Below are positions 1-10,593 of a stretch of DNA of 64,000 nucleotides, in pieces. How positions within the stretch are numbered: position 1 is the stretch's first letter; the number at the start of each line of letters is the position of its first letter. The notes below the pieces were generated by a model, which saw nothing but the letters and a program-made list of their open reading frames with translations, had not been told where the DNA came from and ran no database searches. A program made the translations under genes and the position numbers. Origin of the DNA: an uncultured bacterium (GTDB lineage: Bacteria > Chloroflexota > UBA5177 > JANWHV01); NCBI GenBank assembly GCA_963827235.1, contig CAWHAE010000014.1:256001-320000 (forward strand), written 5' to 3'.

Positions 1-451
1 TAGTGGCATCGATGCCCGGAATCGGCGGCACGGCAGGCCGCGAACCGGTCGCAATCAGGATGTTCTGCGTCTCCAACTGCCGGTCGCCAACCTGCACGCG
101 ATCGCGCGCCACCAAGCGTGCACTGCCTTCCACGACTTCGACGTTTGAGCGCTTCAGCAACCCTTCCACGCCCTTGACGAGCGTGCCTACGATGCGATTC
201 TTGCGCTCCACCACGGCAGGCATATTGAAGCTGAAGCCGTCAATGTGCACGCCGAACGCTTCCGCCTCCCCGCACTCGCGGTAGAGACGCGACGAGCGCA
301 GAAACGACTTCGCCGGAATGCAGCCGACGTTGAGGCAGGTGCCGCCGATCTTGGACTTTTCGAGGAGAGCGACCTTCTTGCCCATCTGGCCGGCGTGCGC
401 GGCGGCTTCGTACCCGCCCGGGCCGGCGCCGATTACAATCAAATCGTACAC
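1..451 (-). CDS. lpdA: Dihydrolipoyl dehydrogenase (E3), N-terminal part, runs off the window
   Basis: Manual translation from GTG 451: YDLIVIGAGPGGYEAA...GGTCLNVGCIPAK (FAD-binding GxGxxG and redox CxxxxC motif); overlaps the E2 stop. Confidence 0.92.
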   Translation of the reverse strand, partial: MYDLIVIGAGPGGYEAAAHAGQMGKKVALLEKSKIGGTCLNVGCIPAKSFLRSSRLYRECGEAEAFGVHIDGFSFNMPAVVERKNRIVGTLVKGVEGLLKRSNVEVVEGSARLVARDRVQVGDRQLETQNILIATGSRPAVPPIPGIDAT

Positions 452-1806
452 AGCGACTCCACGTTTTCAATCTTGTCCTTGATCACTTTCAAGAACCTGG
501 CACCCGGCGCGCCGTCGACAATCTGATGGTCGAGAGTCAGCGACAACCCGATGGAGTCGACGAATTCTATGTTGCCCGAGCGATTGCGTACCGCCTTGAG
601 CTGGATAGCATCGACGCCGAGAATCGCCACCTGAGGCGGATTCAATATCGGGGTAAAGGACTCGATACCGAGGCTGCCCAAGTTGCTGACCGTGAACGTA
701 CCGCCGTTCATGTCGTCCACGGCGATCGTCCCTTTCACAGCCTGAGCGGCAAGCTCCTTCATACGGCGGGAGAGACCGATCAACGACAGATCCTGGCAGT
801 TGTGCACTACCGGCACGATTAGGCCGCGATCAGTGTCGCAGGCGAAACCCACATGTACGTCGGCGTGCCTGTGAAGCCGGCCGTCGATGAACTCGACGTT
901 CAGGTCGGGCAGCTCGAGCAGCGCCTGCACCGTACAGAAGACCACCAGATCGTTGATCGTGATCTCGGACGTCGCCGCCGACTGCTTCAGACGCTTGCGC
1001 ACGGCCAGCAGGCCGCCGGCGTTCGCCGAGCCGTTCAACGTATACTGGGCCGTCGTGGTGAGGGACTCACGCAGGCGCTTGGCAATGCGCTCTCGGGTGC
1101 TCGAGATTCGGCCCGCGCCGGCTTCTCCCAGCGCGCGGGGCTGAGCCGCCGCTTGCGGCGCCGCGGCCGGTTGGGCGATCGCGGGCGCCAGATCGGCGGC
1201 TCGAATCATGCCGCCTATGCCCGAGCCCGGACCGCTCGGCACGACGTCCGGCCCCGCCTGCTGCCGTGCCGCGGCGGTCAAGCGCGGCGTGGAGTAGTAG
1301 ACATCGCGCAGATCAGCCTCCAGCACTCTGCCGCCCGGGCCCGAGCCGGCGATTGCCGGCGGCTGAAAGTCATGCTCGCGCGCGAATCGGCGCGCACGCG
1401 GACTAAGCGGTCGCGCATCCTGCGGCGTTGCCACGGGCGCGGCCTGGGCAGAAGTGCCTGCTTCGGGCTCCGCGCTCACGGCTGGCTCCGTGCCGGCGCC
1501 CTCCCGTGGCACGACGCCGTCTCCGCCGGCACCCGCGCTTGCCGGCCTGTACGGCTCGATAGTCTCACCGGGAGCCCCTATGACGCACAGGTTTGTGAAG
1601 ACCGGCACCAGGGCGCCTTCGTCGAAGAAGGTCTCCAGCACGACGCCACCCGACGGCGCCGTGATCTCGAAGTTCGTCTTGTCGGTCTCGATCTCGGCGA
1701 TGACGTCGCCCACGGAGACGGAGTCGCCCTTGTGCTTTCGCCACGCCGCGAGGAGACACTCCTCCACGGTGTTGCCAAGCTTGGGCATTTCCACCACAGT
1801 TGCCAT
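439..1806 (-). CDS. 2-oxoacid dehydrogenase E2 (dihydrolipoamide acyltransferase)
   Basis: Lipoyl motif EIETDK, E3-binding SPRARRFA...GSGPGGRV, catalytic DHQIVDG. Confidence 0.93.
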   Translation of the reverse strand: MATVVEMPKLGNTVEECLLAAWRKHKGDSVSVGDVIAEIETDKTNFEITAPSGGVVLETFFDEGALVPVFTNLCVIGAPGETIEPYRPASAGAGGDGVVPREGAGTEPAVSAEPEAGTSAQAAPVATPQDARPLSPRARRFAREHDFQPPAIAGSGPGGRVLEADLRDVYYSTPRLTAAARQQAGPDVVPSGPGSGIGGMIRAADLAPAIAQPAAAPQAAAQPRALGEAGAGRISSTRERIAKRLRESLTTTAQYTLNGSANAGGLLAVRKRLKQSAATSEITINDLVVFCTVQALLELPDLNVEFIDGRLHRHADVHVGFACDTDRGLIVPVVHNCQDLSLIGLSRRMKELAAQAVKGTIAVDDMNGGTFTVSNLGSLGIESFTPILNPPQVAILGVDAIQLKAVRNRSGNIEFVDSIGLSLTLDHQIVDGAPGARFLKVIKDKIENVESLCTI

Positions 1807-1969
1807 CTACTGGCACCTCTCTTGATCACTAGCTCGCGCACTACGCACCACGGCGGTCGCGAGGAGACAATGTTGCAGGTCTCGCGGCAGATTCACCCCA
1901 TTATCGCGTGGCGCACGTGTCGCGGCGCCCCGGGATACCTGGATAGCTGTTGCTGCCGGACGCACCTCC

Positions 1970-3686
1970 CTACGCGGGCTCGCGTTCGCCGAGCACCGCA
2001 CGCAGCAGCTCTTGCTCCGCTGCCCTGCACCACTGACCGTTATCGAGCTTTGCAGCAACCGTGGGGAAGCGATCGCCGAGCTGTGACAGCGCGATCAACT
2101 CCACGTCGTGCAGCATGGGATAGACGACGATCTTGCCCGCCATGGTGCGGTTCTCCACCGCCGCGATGCCGTCGGCCGCACCCGCCATGCCGGATATGGC
2201 GTCGACCGACCAGTTTGTGTCGAGCTGCCCGGACGTCACCCGTTCCAACATGATCTTCATGTCATGGATATTCGAGCCGCTGGTGCCGAACATGTAGCAG
2301 CGGCGTGCGATGTAGGTATCCAGGTCCAGGTCGTGCCGGGCAGGAGCAGGAATGCCGGCGAAAATATCGATCAAGCCGCCTTCGGCGCTCGATACTATCG
2401 CCGCCGCCACGAGCGCCGCCGGAAGGGACCAGCAGTCTGCTGATTGCTGAAGCGCGCCTTCAGCGGCTCTTTGGCGTGTTGACCAGTCTGAGCGGCACGC
2501 CGTTGCGCCTTGCGATCGGCTCGGCCTTGCGCCTGAGCGACTCCAGGCGCGCGTCGTCAACGTCGGTACCAACCACCGAGAGGCCCTCGATCGGCGCGAC
2601 AGGGCGCGGATGACGTGCATCTGACCCATGGGTCCGGCCGCGCCAACCACCAGGACGCTGTCCTTGCGGCCGCAGCTCACCCGATACCGGAATAACGCGA
2701 GTAGGAGTCGGCGCAGGAGATGCCCGTGCGTGCCTATCCAGCGGGTAAACCCGTAGTGAATGCGGCCTACGCCGACCGAGACCGGCGGCCCGATAGACTG
2801 CCCGCCGAGCACGATATTGATCATGCCAAATGCGGCAAGCTTGTCGTTGAGGAGCCTCGATCGTCTTCTTGGCCGCGCCGAAGTAGACGATATCGTCGAA
2901 GCCTCGTTTCCAGACTGTCCGTTCTGTCCAGAATAGGATCGGAAAGCCCAGCTCCTCGATGCGCGCGCGCTGGCCAGGTTCAGCGACGATCGCGGTCACG
3001 TAAGGCATGCCCGCGCTCGCCTTCGCCGCCTCCGCGCAGGCCGACCACCTGGTGACCCGAGTCGGCCACCACGAGCAGGCGTCCACCCCGCAGGATAGTC
3101 GGCGATCGACATGAGCATAAGCGTCCTCGACGCAGGCCCAGGGTTCCACAAGGGCGATGCCGACGCGCTGAGCGATTCGGGCACCGGAATGAGGAATGCG
3201 TTCTCCGGTCTGGCCGGCTCGATGTTGATACGCTCGTCGGTAAGCACATACTCCTGAAGGCCGCCTTCGAACGAGTAGCCGAAAGCCGCGTTGGATCCGC
3301 GCGTTGGGAGGAATGCGATAGTCGGTCTGCACCAGGCAGCGCTCGCCGACCTTGGTAGCGCGTTACGTCTGTTGCCTACAGCCACGATACGGCAGCAGAC
3401 CTCGTGTCCGGGCACGGTCGGCTTGTCCCCAGGCACGTAGCTCGGGCACTGGTCGAGCACCGCCCGGTCGATACCCGGACACGATTTCGGCCTTACGCGG
3501 GTGCGCGGAGAACTGCTTGAGCAGCTTCAGATCCGAGAAGCAGAGCCCGACTGCTTCGACCTTGATCAGGATCTGGCGCGGCCCAGGCTGAAAGATCTCC
3601 TTGTGCGAGTTCAGGCTGAGCTGTCCGGGCCCGACCAGCTGCAACGCGTATTGCGTCTTTCCGGCCGAATATTCACGCTCTGTCAT
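1970..3686 (-). pseudogene. Zinc-binding (MDR) dehydrogenase, SorE/sorbose-1-phosphate reductase-like, multiply frameshifted
   Basis: Pieces in different frames: VGLCFSDLK, VPGHEVCC, LVEPWACV, VVGAAGPMGQMH, GKIVVYP. Confidence 0.75.
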
Positions 3687-3792
3687 GTTCTCCACACCTC
3701 CGCCATTCAACCGCCACTCGGCTGACTTCCGCCCAGCTACCCGGTGGCAAGCCGCCGGTTAGCCGTCCTGGTCGTCAAACCGCCACACGCCT

Positions 3793-5847
3793 CTAGTGCA
3801 GCATCACCTGTCCGCCGGTCACCGGCAGTGCTTGCCCGGTCTCGTACTTCTGCTCGATCAGGTAGTAGATTGCCTTCATCACGTCGGCAGTCGTACAGCC
3901 TCGCGCCATTGGCACCTTGCTCTCGTAGAAACGCCTGACATCGTCCACAGTTGTGGCGCCCGGCACCTTACCCGTACGCAGATACTGCACGAACAGGCCG
4001 GTGTTCGGATCGGACCACAGCGGTCCGGTCAGGAAGTTGCCCGGGCAGATCGAATTCACCTTGATGCCGTCCGAGACCAGCTCCAGCGCAAACGACTGCG
4101 TGAGGCCGATGCCGCCGAACTTGCTGCCCGCGTAGGCAAAGTTCTTGTTCGAGCCCTCAAGGCCCGACTTCGAGTTGATCTGGATGATGTCGCTCCAGTA
4201 GTCGGGCCGTACCTGGTGCTGAATGGCCAGTATCGGTGCCGCCGCCTGCACGCAGACGAAGTAGCCTTTGTAGTTGACCGCGGTCGACAGGTCGAAGTCT
4301 CGCTCGGCTTGTGTCTTGACGCTGGCGGCGCGAAGCACGCCGGCATTCGAGACCAGCACGTCCAGGCCTCCGTACGTGCGGACTACCTGGTGGATCGCGG
4401 TCGGCAACCGACCGACGCTGGTCACGTCGACTGCAAGGCCGAGCGCCCGCCCCTCGCCGTGACTTTCGTTGATGGCATCCGCGGCCTGCCGTGCCCCGGC
4501 GGCGTTGACGTCTGCCAGCACGACGCAGGCGTTCTGCACCGCCAGGTCCTGGGCGATTTCCAGGCCGAATCCCTGCGCTGCCCCGGTTACCAGGGCCACC
4601 CTGCCGGCCGCACGACCGGAGCCCAGCGACGACGCGGCAATCTGCCGGCGATACGACTCGACCTCCCACTGTTCGATGAACGTGCGGAAGTCTTCGTCAA
4701 GATAGGCGATTCCACCCAACTTGCTGGCCCCGATCATGACCCTGATCGCATCGCGATAGACCAAGCGCACGAAGTTGGCATCAGGCCAGGCTCCGCCGCT
4801 CGCGAACAGCCCCAGACCCTGCACGAGGACCACGTTTGGCAGCAACTTATGCCGCTCCTCGTAGTCGCGCACCGCCGTGGAAAGCCTGCCTGCCAGCTCT
4901 GCCGGCGACTCGCCCGCCACCGTATCGATCCAGAGCGGGAACGAGCGGCAGTAGACGATTTGGTCGGGGGTGAGGGGACCGCCCATGGCGATCTCACATC
5001 CACCCGGCGTCGACACGATATCGTGTATCAGATCGTCGGTCGTCGAACGTCACGACATTCAAGGCCTCGCCCTTGCTGAGCAGGCCGCGCAAAGCCGGGC
5101 CAATCGTGTCACCAGCGACCGGGCTTCCACAGCGGAGACGCGCTGCTGCGCGGCGGGCCGCGTGCCTGGACCTGCGCTCTCGAGAGGTCGCTCAGCATGT
5201 CGAACAACCACTCGACGTCCTCCCGGATGTCATCCGCGGTGTCGCCGCAAAGCACCAGGCCATGGTTCTGCATGATCACCGCCCGAGGCCGCTCCTTGCC
5301 TGTCGCGCGCGGAACGCCTTCAGTTCGTCGCGCAGCAACCTGGCCAGGGCAAAGCCCGGATCGACGAGATCTATCCACAGTCACGTCGTCTGCGAGGCGA
5401 TGTTCGATCAAGTGCTTACCCGCTCTTGAGCACAACTGAATTGGTTGACCAGCGTGGCGTGCAGATGGACGACAAAGCGACCCGGCATGAGATGGTGCAG
5501 GACTGATTCCACGGATGGACGTTGCTGCTTCTCGGGCTGCAGCCGCGCCGCGAGCACGGCTGCCTTGAACTCGCTCTCGCGAGCCTGCCTGCGAGGTGCT
5601 CAGCTCACTGTCGAGCAGTCTCTGCAGGGCGGAGCGATCGAGATCCACGAATCCGTCCGGACCAATCGAGGCGAGCGCGGCACCGCTGCCTTTCACCTGC
5701 AGATGGTCGCCGAGCTTGACCGAGGTGTTACCGCCGCCGCCAAGGACGAGGTCCGGGATCCGATCCGAAGTAGCGTGACAGCTCGACAATGGTCTCCAGA
5801 GGGCCGAGTTCTTCGACCGAGGCCGGCCATGGAACGGTTGACGCCAT
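3793..5847 (-). pseudogene. Bifunctional class II aldolase / SDR (SrlD-like); N-terminal half frameshifted
   Basis: N-terminal LVLGGGGNTSVK, IMQNHGL; C-terminal TGAAQGFG, IQINSKSG, YAGSK. Confidence 0.8.
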
Positions 5848-5857
5848 GAATATCCTC

Positions 5858-7158
5858 TTACTCGCGATTTACAGCGGCACGGGCGCGCGCTGGCTGGGCA
5901 TACTGGTCGATGACTGCCGCTCCCAGGCGGGCATACGCCTCGAGGCGTGCCTCGCCGGCACCGTGGTCCCGGCCCGGCATTCCAGCCTCGTCCACGTAGC
6001 CGCTCTGCCCGTTGGCAATCAGGAACTGGTGCGCAGCCACCACGCATGCGCCTTCCCAGAAGATGTCTTTGACTGGCTCGGGTACGGGTAGCGTCGCCCG
6101 CGCACCTCGGCTCCAGCGGCAGCATCTCCGGCGAGTTGTGCTCCGTACCCGCGAGCACGGCAATGCCCGCCGCACGCAACCCGCGAACGTAGGCAGTCAG
6201 CACCTCGGGAAGGTTTCTGTTCGGAATCAGCTCGGCGCAATAGATGTGCCGGTCCGCGAGCGTGCTCACCAGGCGCTCGACCGGTTCCTCGAACGGGCAT
6301 ATGGGCGAAGCGCCGTCTGCCAGTACCGGATAGCACGGAATCCCTCCCAGGGCCAGCACCAGTGCGTACGCGTGATCGAAGCCGACGAACGTCTCTTCTA
6401 CATAGCCGGGTTTTCCCGCCTTCATGAGCTGGCTGCGAATCGTATTCTGCACCGGGAGCGCGTCAGTTAGCCCTCCCACCCAGGTCCACTCCCAGCACGA
6501 CGCCCAGAACACCGGCTCGACGTTCCGGCGCAATACGCTCGAAAACCGCCTCCTGGAACGCCTGCGCCACGTGCCGTTCCTGCAGAAAGACTGAGGAGTA
6601 CGGCACACCGTAGCGTTGCACTACTGCCGCCTTGATGGACTCCTCGCTGACGCCGGTCTCCATGCCGTGTGCGGCAAAGAGTCCGGCCAGCTTGTCGATC
6701 ACGGCAGCGAGCCTTGTCGAGTCGCTTCGCCGGATAGTCTCCAGCAAGCCGACCGCGGTGCCGGACATGGGGGAGAAGCGGGAGATGCCTTTGCCGCAGA
6801 GGTACATCTTGCCGGGGTTGCCGGGATCGTTGATTTTGACTCCGGCGAGGGCAAGGTCGTCGATCAGGCAAATCACCTCAAGCCCGAACAGAGGAAAGAC
6901 GTTCGCCGATCTGGCCAGATCGGCGAACGCCTCGTACACGCCGAAGTCGTAGTAGTTGTTTACGCCGACCACGCCGATGCCTTCGGCGGTCGCCCGCCGC
7001 AACACCTCGTCGACCGACTGGAATGCGGAGAAGTTGGGCGGAATGTGAATGTGCGCGTTGACCTTGATCCGGCCCGGCGACCTCACCTTCCGCTGCCAAA
7101 GCTCCTCAGGATCGCCCAGCGTCTTCAAGGCAGCAACGGGATCGTGGGCAACGGCCAT
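5858..7158 (-). pseudogene. PHP-fold metallo-phosphoesterase-like protein, frameshifted
   Basis: VNAHIH, GLEVI, LQERHVA, ELIPNRN, AGTEHN motifs spread over three ORF fragments. Confidence 0.7.
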
Positions 7159-7268
7159 CGGTTCTTCCTCCGGCGCCGCCTGCCGGCGCGAGCCTTCCAT
7201 ACAACCCTCAGGTGCGTGACGGCAGTCGGACTTGCGCAACGACTCGCGGCCGGCCGCTCATCACAGAG

Positions 7269-7293
7269 TTACATACTTTGACAATATATTACA
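7269..7293. promoter_or_regulatory. 10-bp periodic TkACA tandem operator (candidate DeoR site)
   Basis: TTACA-N4-TTGACA-N5-TTACA; same architecture at 9027-9051 and 24127-24171. Confidence 0.6.
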
Positions 7294-7328
7294 TCGACCA
7301 CCGGCTCCGTGCCAAGACTGGCCTGCCG

Positions 7329-7652
7329 TCAGTCGACGTGAAACACTTCAGGCAGACGCACCCACCACTCGCCTGGGCCATGCTCCGGCACTTGCTCCTG
7401 CATGGGGTCGGTATGGGACCACCACTCCATGGTCACCGGATCGGCGGCCATCTTCTCCATGTCGGCCCGGTAGTCGCTGCCGGCGTACTCGAAGTAGGCG
7501 ATCAGCAGCGTTCCATAGCGATAGATCGAGTAGTTGCGGATGTTGCATGCCGAGATGGTGGCCAGCACGCCCGGCCACACCTGACTGTGAATGCGCTCGT
7601 ATTCAACGACTCGCTCGGGCTTGACGCGGACGACTTGCAGATAGCGCTCCAT
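7329..7652 (-). CDS. rhaM: L-rhamnose mutarotase
   Basis: EYERIHSQVWP, NIRNYSIY, EVFHVD; rha context. Confidence 0.88.
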   Translation of the reverse strand: MERYLQVVRVKPERVVEYERIHSQVWPGVLATISACNIRNYSIYRYGTLLIAYFEYAGSDYRADMEKMAADPVTMEWWSHTDPMQEQVPEHGPGEWWVRLPEVFHVD

Positions 7653-7667
7653 TTCGACGGCGCTCCT

Positions 7668-8903
7668 CTACCAGCTCATCGCCGTGCCGCCCACGCGGGC
7701 GGCATTGATGCGCTCCTGGTAGCCACTGGCCTGAAACGCCGCCAGAGGGTCGGCAGGACAACCAAGGTCGGTTCTCACCTGGGCAAGCAGCGGCCGCACG
7801 TCAGTCTCGAAGGCGGCAGTGAGCACGGCAAGGGCGCCGACCACGTCTCCGGCCTGCTGCTTCCGCGCCAGCACCGGACGATCCACCAGCAGGGCCTTGG
7901 CGTAGGCGGACTGGCAGTTGACGATCGACTGGATCATGGCCGGGATCTTGGCCTCCACGTTATGCGACTGGTCGATCATGTACGCCACCTGCTTCGCGCA
8001 CGCTTGGACGGCCGCGTCATCTTCGGCCGCGGCAAGCTCGTTGTAGATCAGGAAGAGCTCGAAAGGATTGGTCGTGCCGACGATCAAATCGTCGTCCCCG
8101 TACTTCCTGCCGTTGAAGTGGAAACCGCCCAGGCGACCTTCATCGATCAGCGTGGCGACGATCTGCTCGATGTTCGTGCCCGGCGCGTGGTGCCCCAGGT
8201 CCACCAGCACCTGAGCCTGCGGCCCGAGCTTCTGGCAGAGGAGCAACGACGTGCCCCAGTCCGGGACGTCGGTTGCGTAAAACGCCGGCTCGAAGAACTT
8301 GTATTCGACCAGCAGCCTCATGCCGGCCGGAAGCGCCGCATAGATCTGCCGTAGCGAGCAGGTCAGGCGCTGCCGCCTGCCGCGAAGATCGTCCTGTCCT
8401 GGGTAGTTGGTGCCGTCGGCCAGCCATAGACTGATCAGCGACGACCCAACGGTGCGCGCGATGTCGATGCATTCGTGGACGTGCGCCACGGCCTTGGCAC
8501 GCACTGACTCGCTGGGATGAGCCAGCGAGCCCAGCTTGTATTCCTCGTCCTGGAAGAGGTTCGGGTTGATCGCGCCGAGCATCAGCTTGCGACCGGCCGC
8601 GTGCTCCTGCGCGGCCTTCCAGTCGTCCACACGGTCCCAAGGGATGTGCAGTGCGACGCTGGGCGCCACGCCGACCAGCGACTGCACCTCTGCCGCGTCG
8701 TCCAGCTTCTCGAACAGCGTGCGCGGCACGCCGGCTTGTGGAAACACCTTGAATCGCGTCCCCGAGTTGCCGAATGCCCAGCTCGGCATCTCAATCCGCT
8801 GCGCGCGCAAGCGCGCAGCCACGTCCTCGAGCTTCCTGCCTTGCCCCGCAAGGATCTCGGCTACCACAGAGAGACCGGCCGACTGCATGCGTTCTGCGAC
8901 CAT
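7668..8903 (-). CDS. rhaI: L-rhamnose isomerase (RhaI type)
   Basis: PSWAFGNSGTRFKVF, ALHIPWD, ADGTNYPGQ, EYKFFEP, DQSHN. Confidence 0.93.
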   Translation of the reverse strand: MVAERMQSAGLSVVAEILAGQGRKLEDVAARLRAQRIEMPSWAFGNSGTRFKVFPQAGVPRTLFEKLDDAAEVQSLVGVAPSVALHIPWDRVDDWKAAQEHAAGRKLMLGAINPNLFQDEEYKLGSLAHPSESVRAKAVAHVHECIDIARTVGSSLISLWLADGTNYPGQDDLRGRRQRLTCSLRQIYAALPAGMRLLVEYKFFEPAFYATDVPDWGTSLLLCQKLGPQAQVLVDLGHHAPGTNIEQIVATLIDEGRLGGFHFNGRKYGDDDLIVGTTNPFELFLIYNELAAAEDDAAVQACAKQVAYMIDQSHNVEAKIPAMIQSIVNCQSAYAKALLVDRPVLARKQQAGDVVGALAVLTAAFETDVRPLLAQVRTDLGCPADPLAAFQASGYQERINAARVGGTAMSW

Positions 8904-9012
8904 TATCGAGCTCCCACTGTCACTGCGTGAGGCTGAGGCCTCCTTGCCCGGCGCTCTCCCGGCCGGCGCGCCCTCGCCTGACCCCGCCCACCGGAGCGGA
9001 CGTGGCCATCCC

Positions 9013-9051
9013 AGGATAGATCGAGCTGTAAAGTCATGTCAACATGTGTAA
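9013..9051 (-). promoter_or_regulatory. Sigma70 promoter of rhaI-rhaM overlapped by TkACA repeats
   Basis: TTGACA(9042-9037)-N18-TATCCT(9018-9013). Confidence 0.65.
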
Positions 9052-9070
9052 GAGTTTTAGCCTCTGACCG

Positions 9071-9128
9071 CGAGAGCGTTTCCAGATTCTCTCGTAAACG
9101 TTCTCGGATTCTCGAGAAAACGTTGCCA
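9071..9128. promoter_or_regulatory. Three LacI-type operator boxes at 22-bp spacing
   Basis: CGAGAGCGTTTCCA, CGTAAACGTTCTCG, AGAAAACGTTGCCA with central CG at 9077, 9099, 9121. Confidence 0.6.
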
Positions 9129-9133
9129 CGCCG

Positions 9134-9194
9134 TTGACATGAGATGCCCACCGCCCCAGACTCATAAGCGCACATTGATTAAATGTGTCTTTAT
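9134..9194 (+). promoter_or_regulatory. ino1 promoter with double ArsR-type operator
   Basis: TTGACA-N17-CAGACT then ATAAG-N6-TTGAT/TTAAA-N6-TTTAT; near-identical copy at 45805-45865. Confidence 0.8.
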
Positions 9195-9310
9195 GCATTC
9201 GGACTGCCGGGCCTGCCGGTGGGCCGGTCCAATGAGCTGAGGGCCACCGACGCCCCGCCTATCAGGCCATCTCGCTCGACCGGCTTGGCGCACGGCACGG
9301 CAGCCCGCAT

Positions 9311-10432
9311 ATGATCGGAAAGGGATTCGTCGTGGGCAAGGTCAGGGTAGCCATCGTCGGGGTTGGGAACTGCTCCTCCGCGCTTATCCAGGGAGTGTAC
9401 TACTACCGAGACGCGAAGGAAGGCGACTTCGTGCCCGGACTGATGCACGTGAATCTTGGCGGCTACCATGTTCGTGACATCGAGTTCGTGGCCGCGTTCG
9501 ACGTCGACTCGCGCAAAGTGGGCAAGGACCTGTCGCAAGCCATGTTCGCCGAGCCCAACAACACAATCAAGTTCTCGGACGTGCCGCACCTCGGCGTGCC
9601 GGTTCAGCGGGGCATGACACACGATGGTCTGGGGAAGTACCTCTCGGAGATCATCACCGAGTCTGCCGAACCGGTTGCCGACGTGAAGTCGATCCTCCGT
9701 CAGGCAAAGTGCGACGTCGTGATCAACTACCTGCCGGTGGGCAGCGAAGTAGCCACAAGGTGGTACGTCGGCCAGGTGCTCGAAGCCGGCTGCGCCCTGG
9801 TCAACTGCATTCCCGTGTTCATCGCCAGCGAGGACAGATGGCAGCGTCGCTTCGTGGAGAAGGGCCTGCCGATCGTGGGAGACGACATCAAGTCGCAGGT
9901 CGGGGCCACCATCACGCATCGGATGCTCGTCCATCTCTTCCGCGAGCGGGGTGTGCGGCTCGAGCGTACCAGCCAGCTCAACGTGGGCGGGAACACCGAC
10001 TTCCTCAACATGCTGGAGAGAGAGCGCCTCGAGTCGAAGAAGATCTCCAAGACCAACGCGGTGACGAGCCAGCTCGATTATGAAATCGACAAGTCGAACG
10101 TGCATATCGGTCCCAGCGACTACGTGCCGTGGCTGACCGACCGCAAATGGGCCTACGTGCGCTGCGAAGGCCGCACGTTCGGCGACGTACCGCTCAACGT
10201 GGAGATGAAGCTCGAGGTATGGGACTCGCCCAACTCGGCCGGGGTCGTGATCGATGCAGTGCGCTGCGCCAAGCTCGCTCTGGACCGCGGCACAGCCGGC
10301 ACCCTCGGCGGACCGTCCGCGTTCTTCATGAAGTCGCCGCCCGTGCAGTATGCCGACGACGTGGCATACGGCATGGTGGAGGACTTCGTTGGCGGCAGAG
10401 TAGGCCGCGAGGCCGCCGGAGCGGTGGCGTAG
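9311..10432 (+). CDS. ino1: myo-inositol-1(3)-phosphate synthase (start may be GTG 9332)
   Basis: [46 protein letters not shown]. Confidence 0.96.
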   Translation: MIGKGFVVGKVRVAIVGVGNCSSALIQGVYYYRDAKEGDFVPGLMHVNLGGYHVRDIEFVAAFDVDSRKVGKDLSQAMFAEPNNTIKFSDVPHLGVPVQRGMTHDGLGKYLSEIITESAEPVADVKSILRQAKCDVVINYLPVGSEVATRWYVGQVLEAGCALVNCIPVFIASEDRWQRRFVEKGLPIVGDDIKSQVGATITHRMLVHLFRERGVRLERTSQLNVGGNTDFLNMLERERLESKKISKTNAVTSQLDYEIDKSNVHIGPSDYVPWLTDRKWAYVRCEGRTFGDVPLNVEMKLEVWDSPNSAGVVIDAVRCAKLALDRGTAGTLGGPSAFFMKSPPVQYADDVAYGMVEDFVGGRVGREAAGAVA

Positions 10433-10593
10433 CGAGTACCCGGGCCATGGCGAGGAGATGGAGAACAGGGACTCCGACCGAGATCTAGCGACAGCTGCGG
10501 GGACAACAGCCTCAGCCGCGCCTCACGGCAGGAGCGCGGTACGAAGGCATCTGGCTATGGCCGGAGGCCCTCGTACCCCGGTCGCGCTGCTCC

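Noticed and set aside
1807-1830. ATCAAGAGAGGTG on the minus strand resembling the start of a SAM-I riboswitch
   Set aside because: It is the E2 ribosome-binding site; no other SAM-I elements follow.
1970-7158. Programmed frameshifting
   Set aside because: Too many shifts per gene and no slippery sites noticed.
9071-9128. 22-bp repeats as a mini-CRISPR or iterons
   Set aside because: No spacers and no rep gene; the CG-centred palindromes fit LacI operators better.
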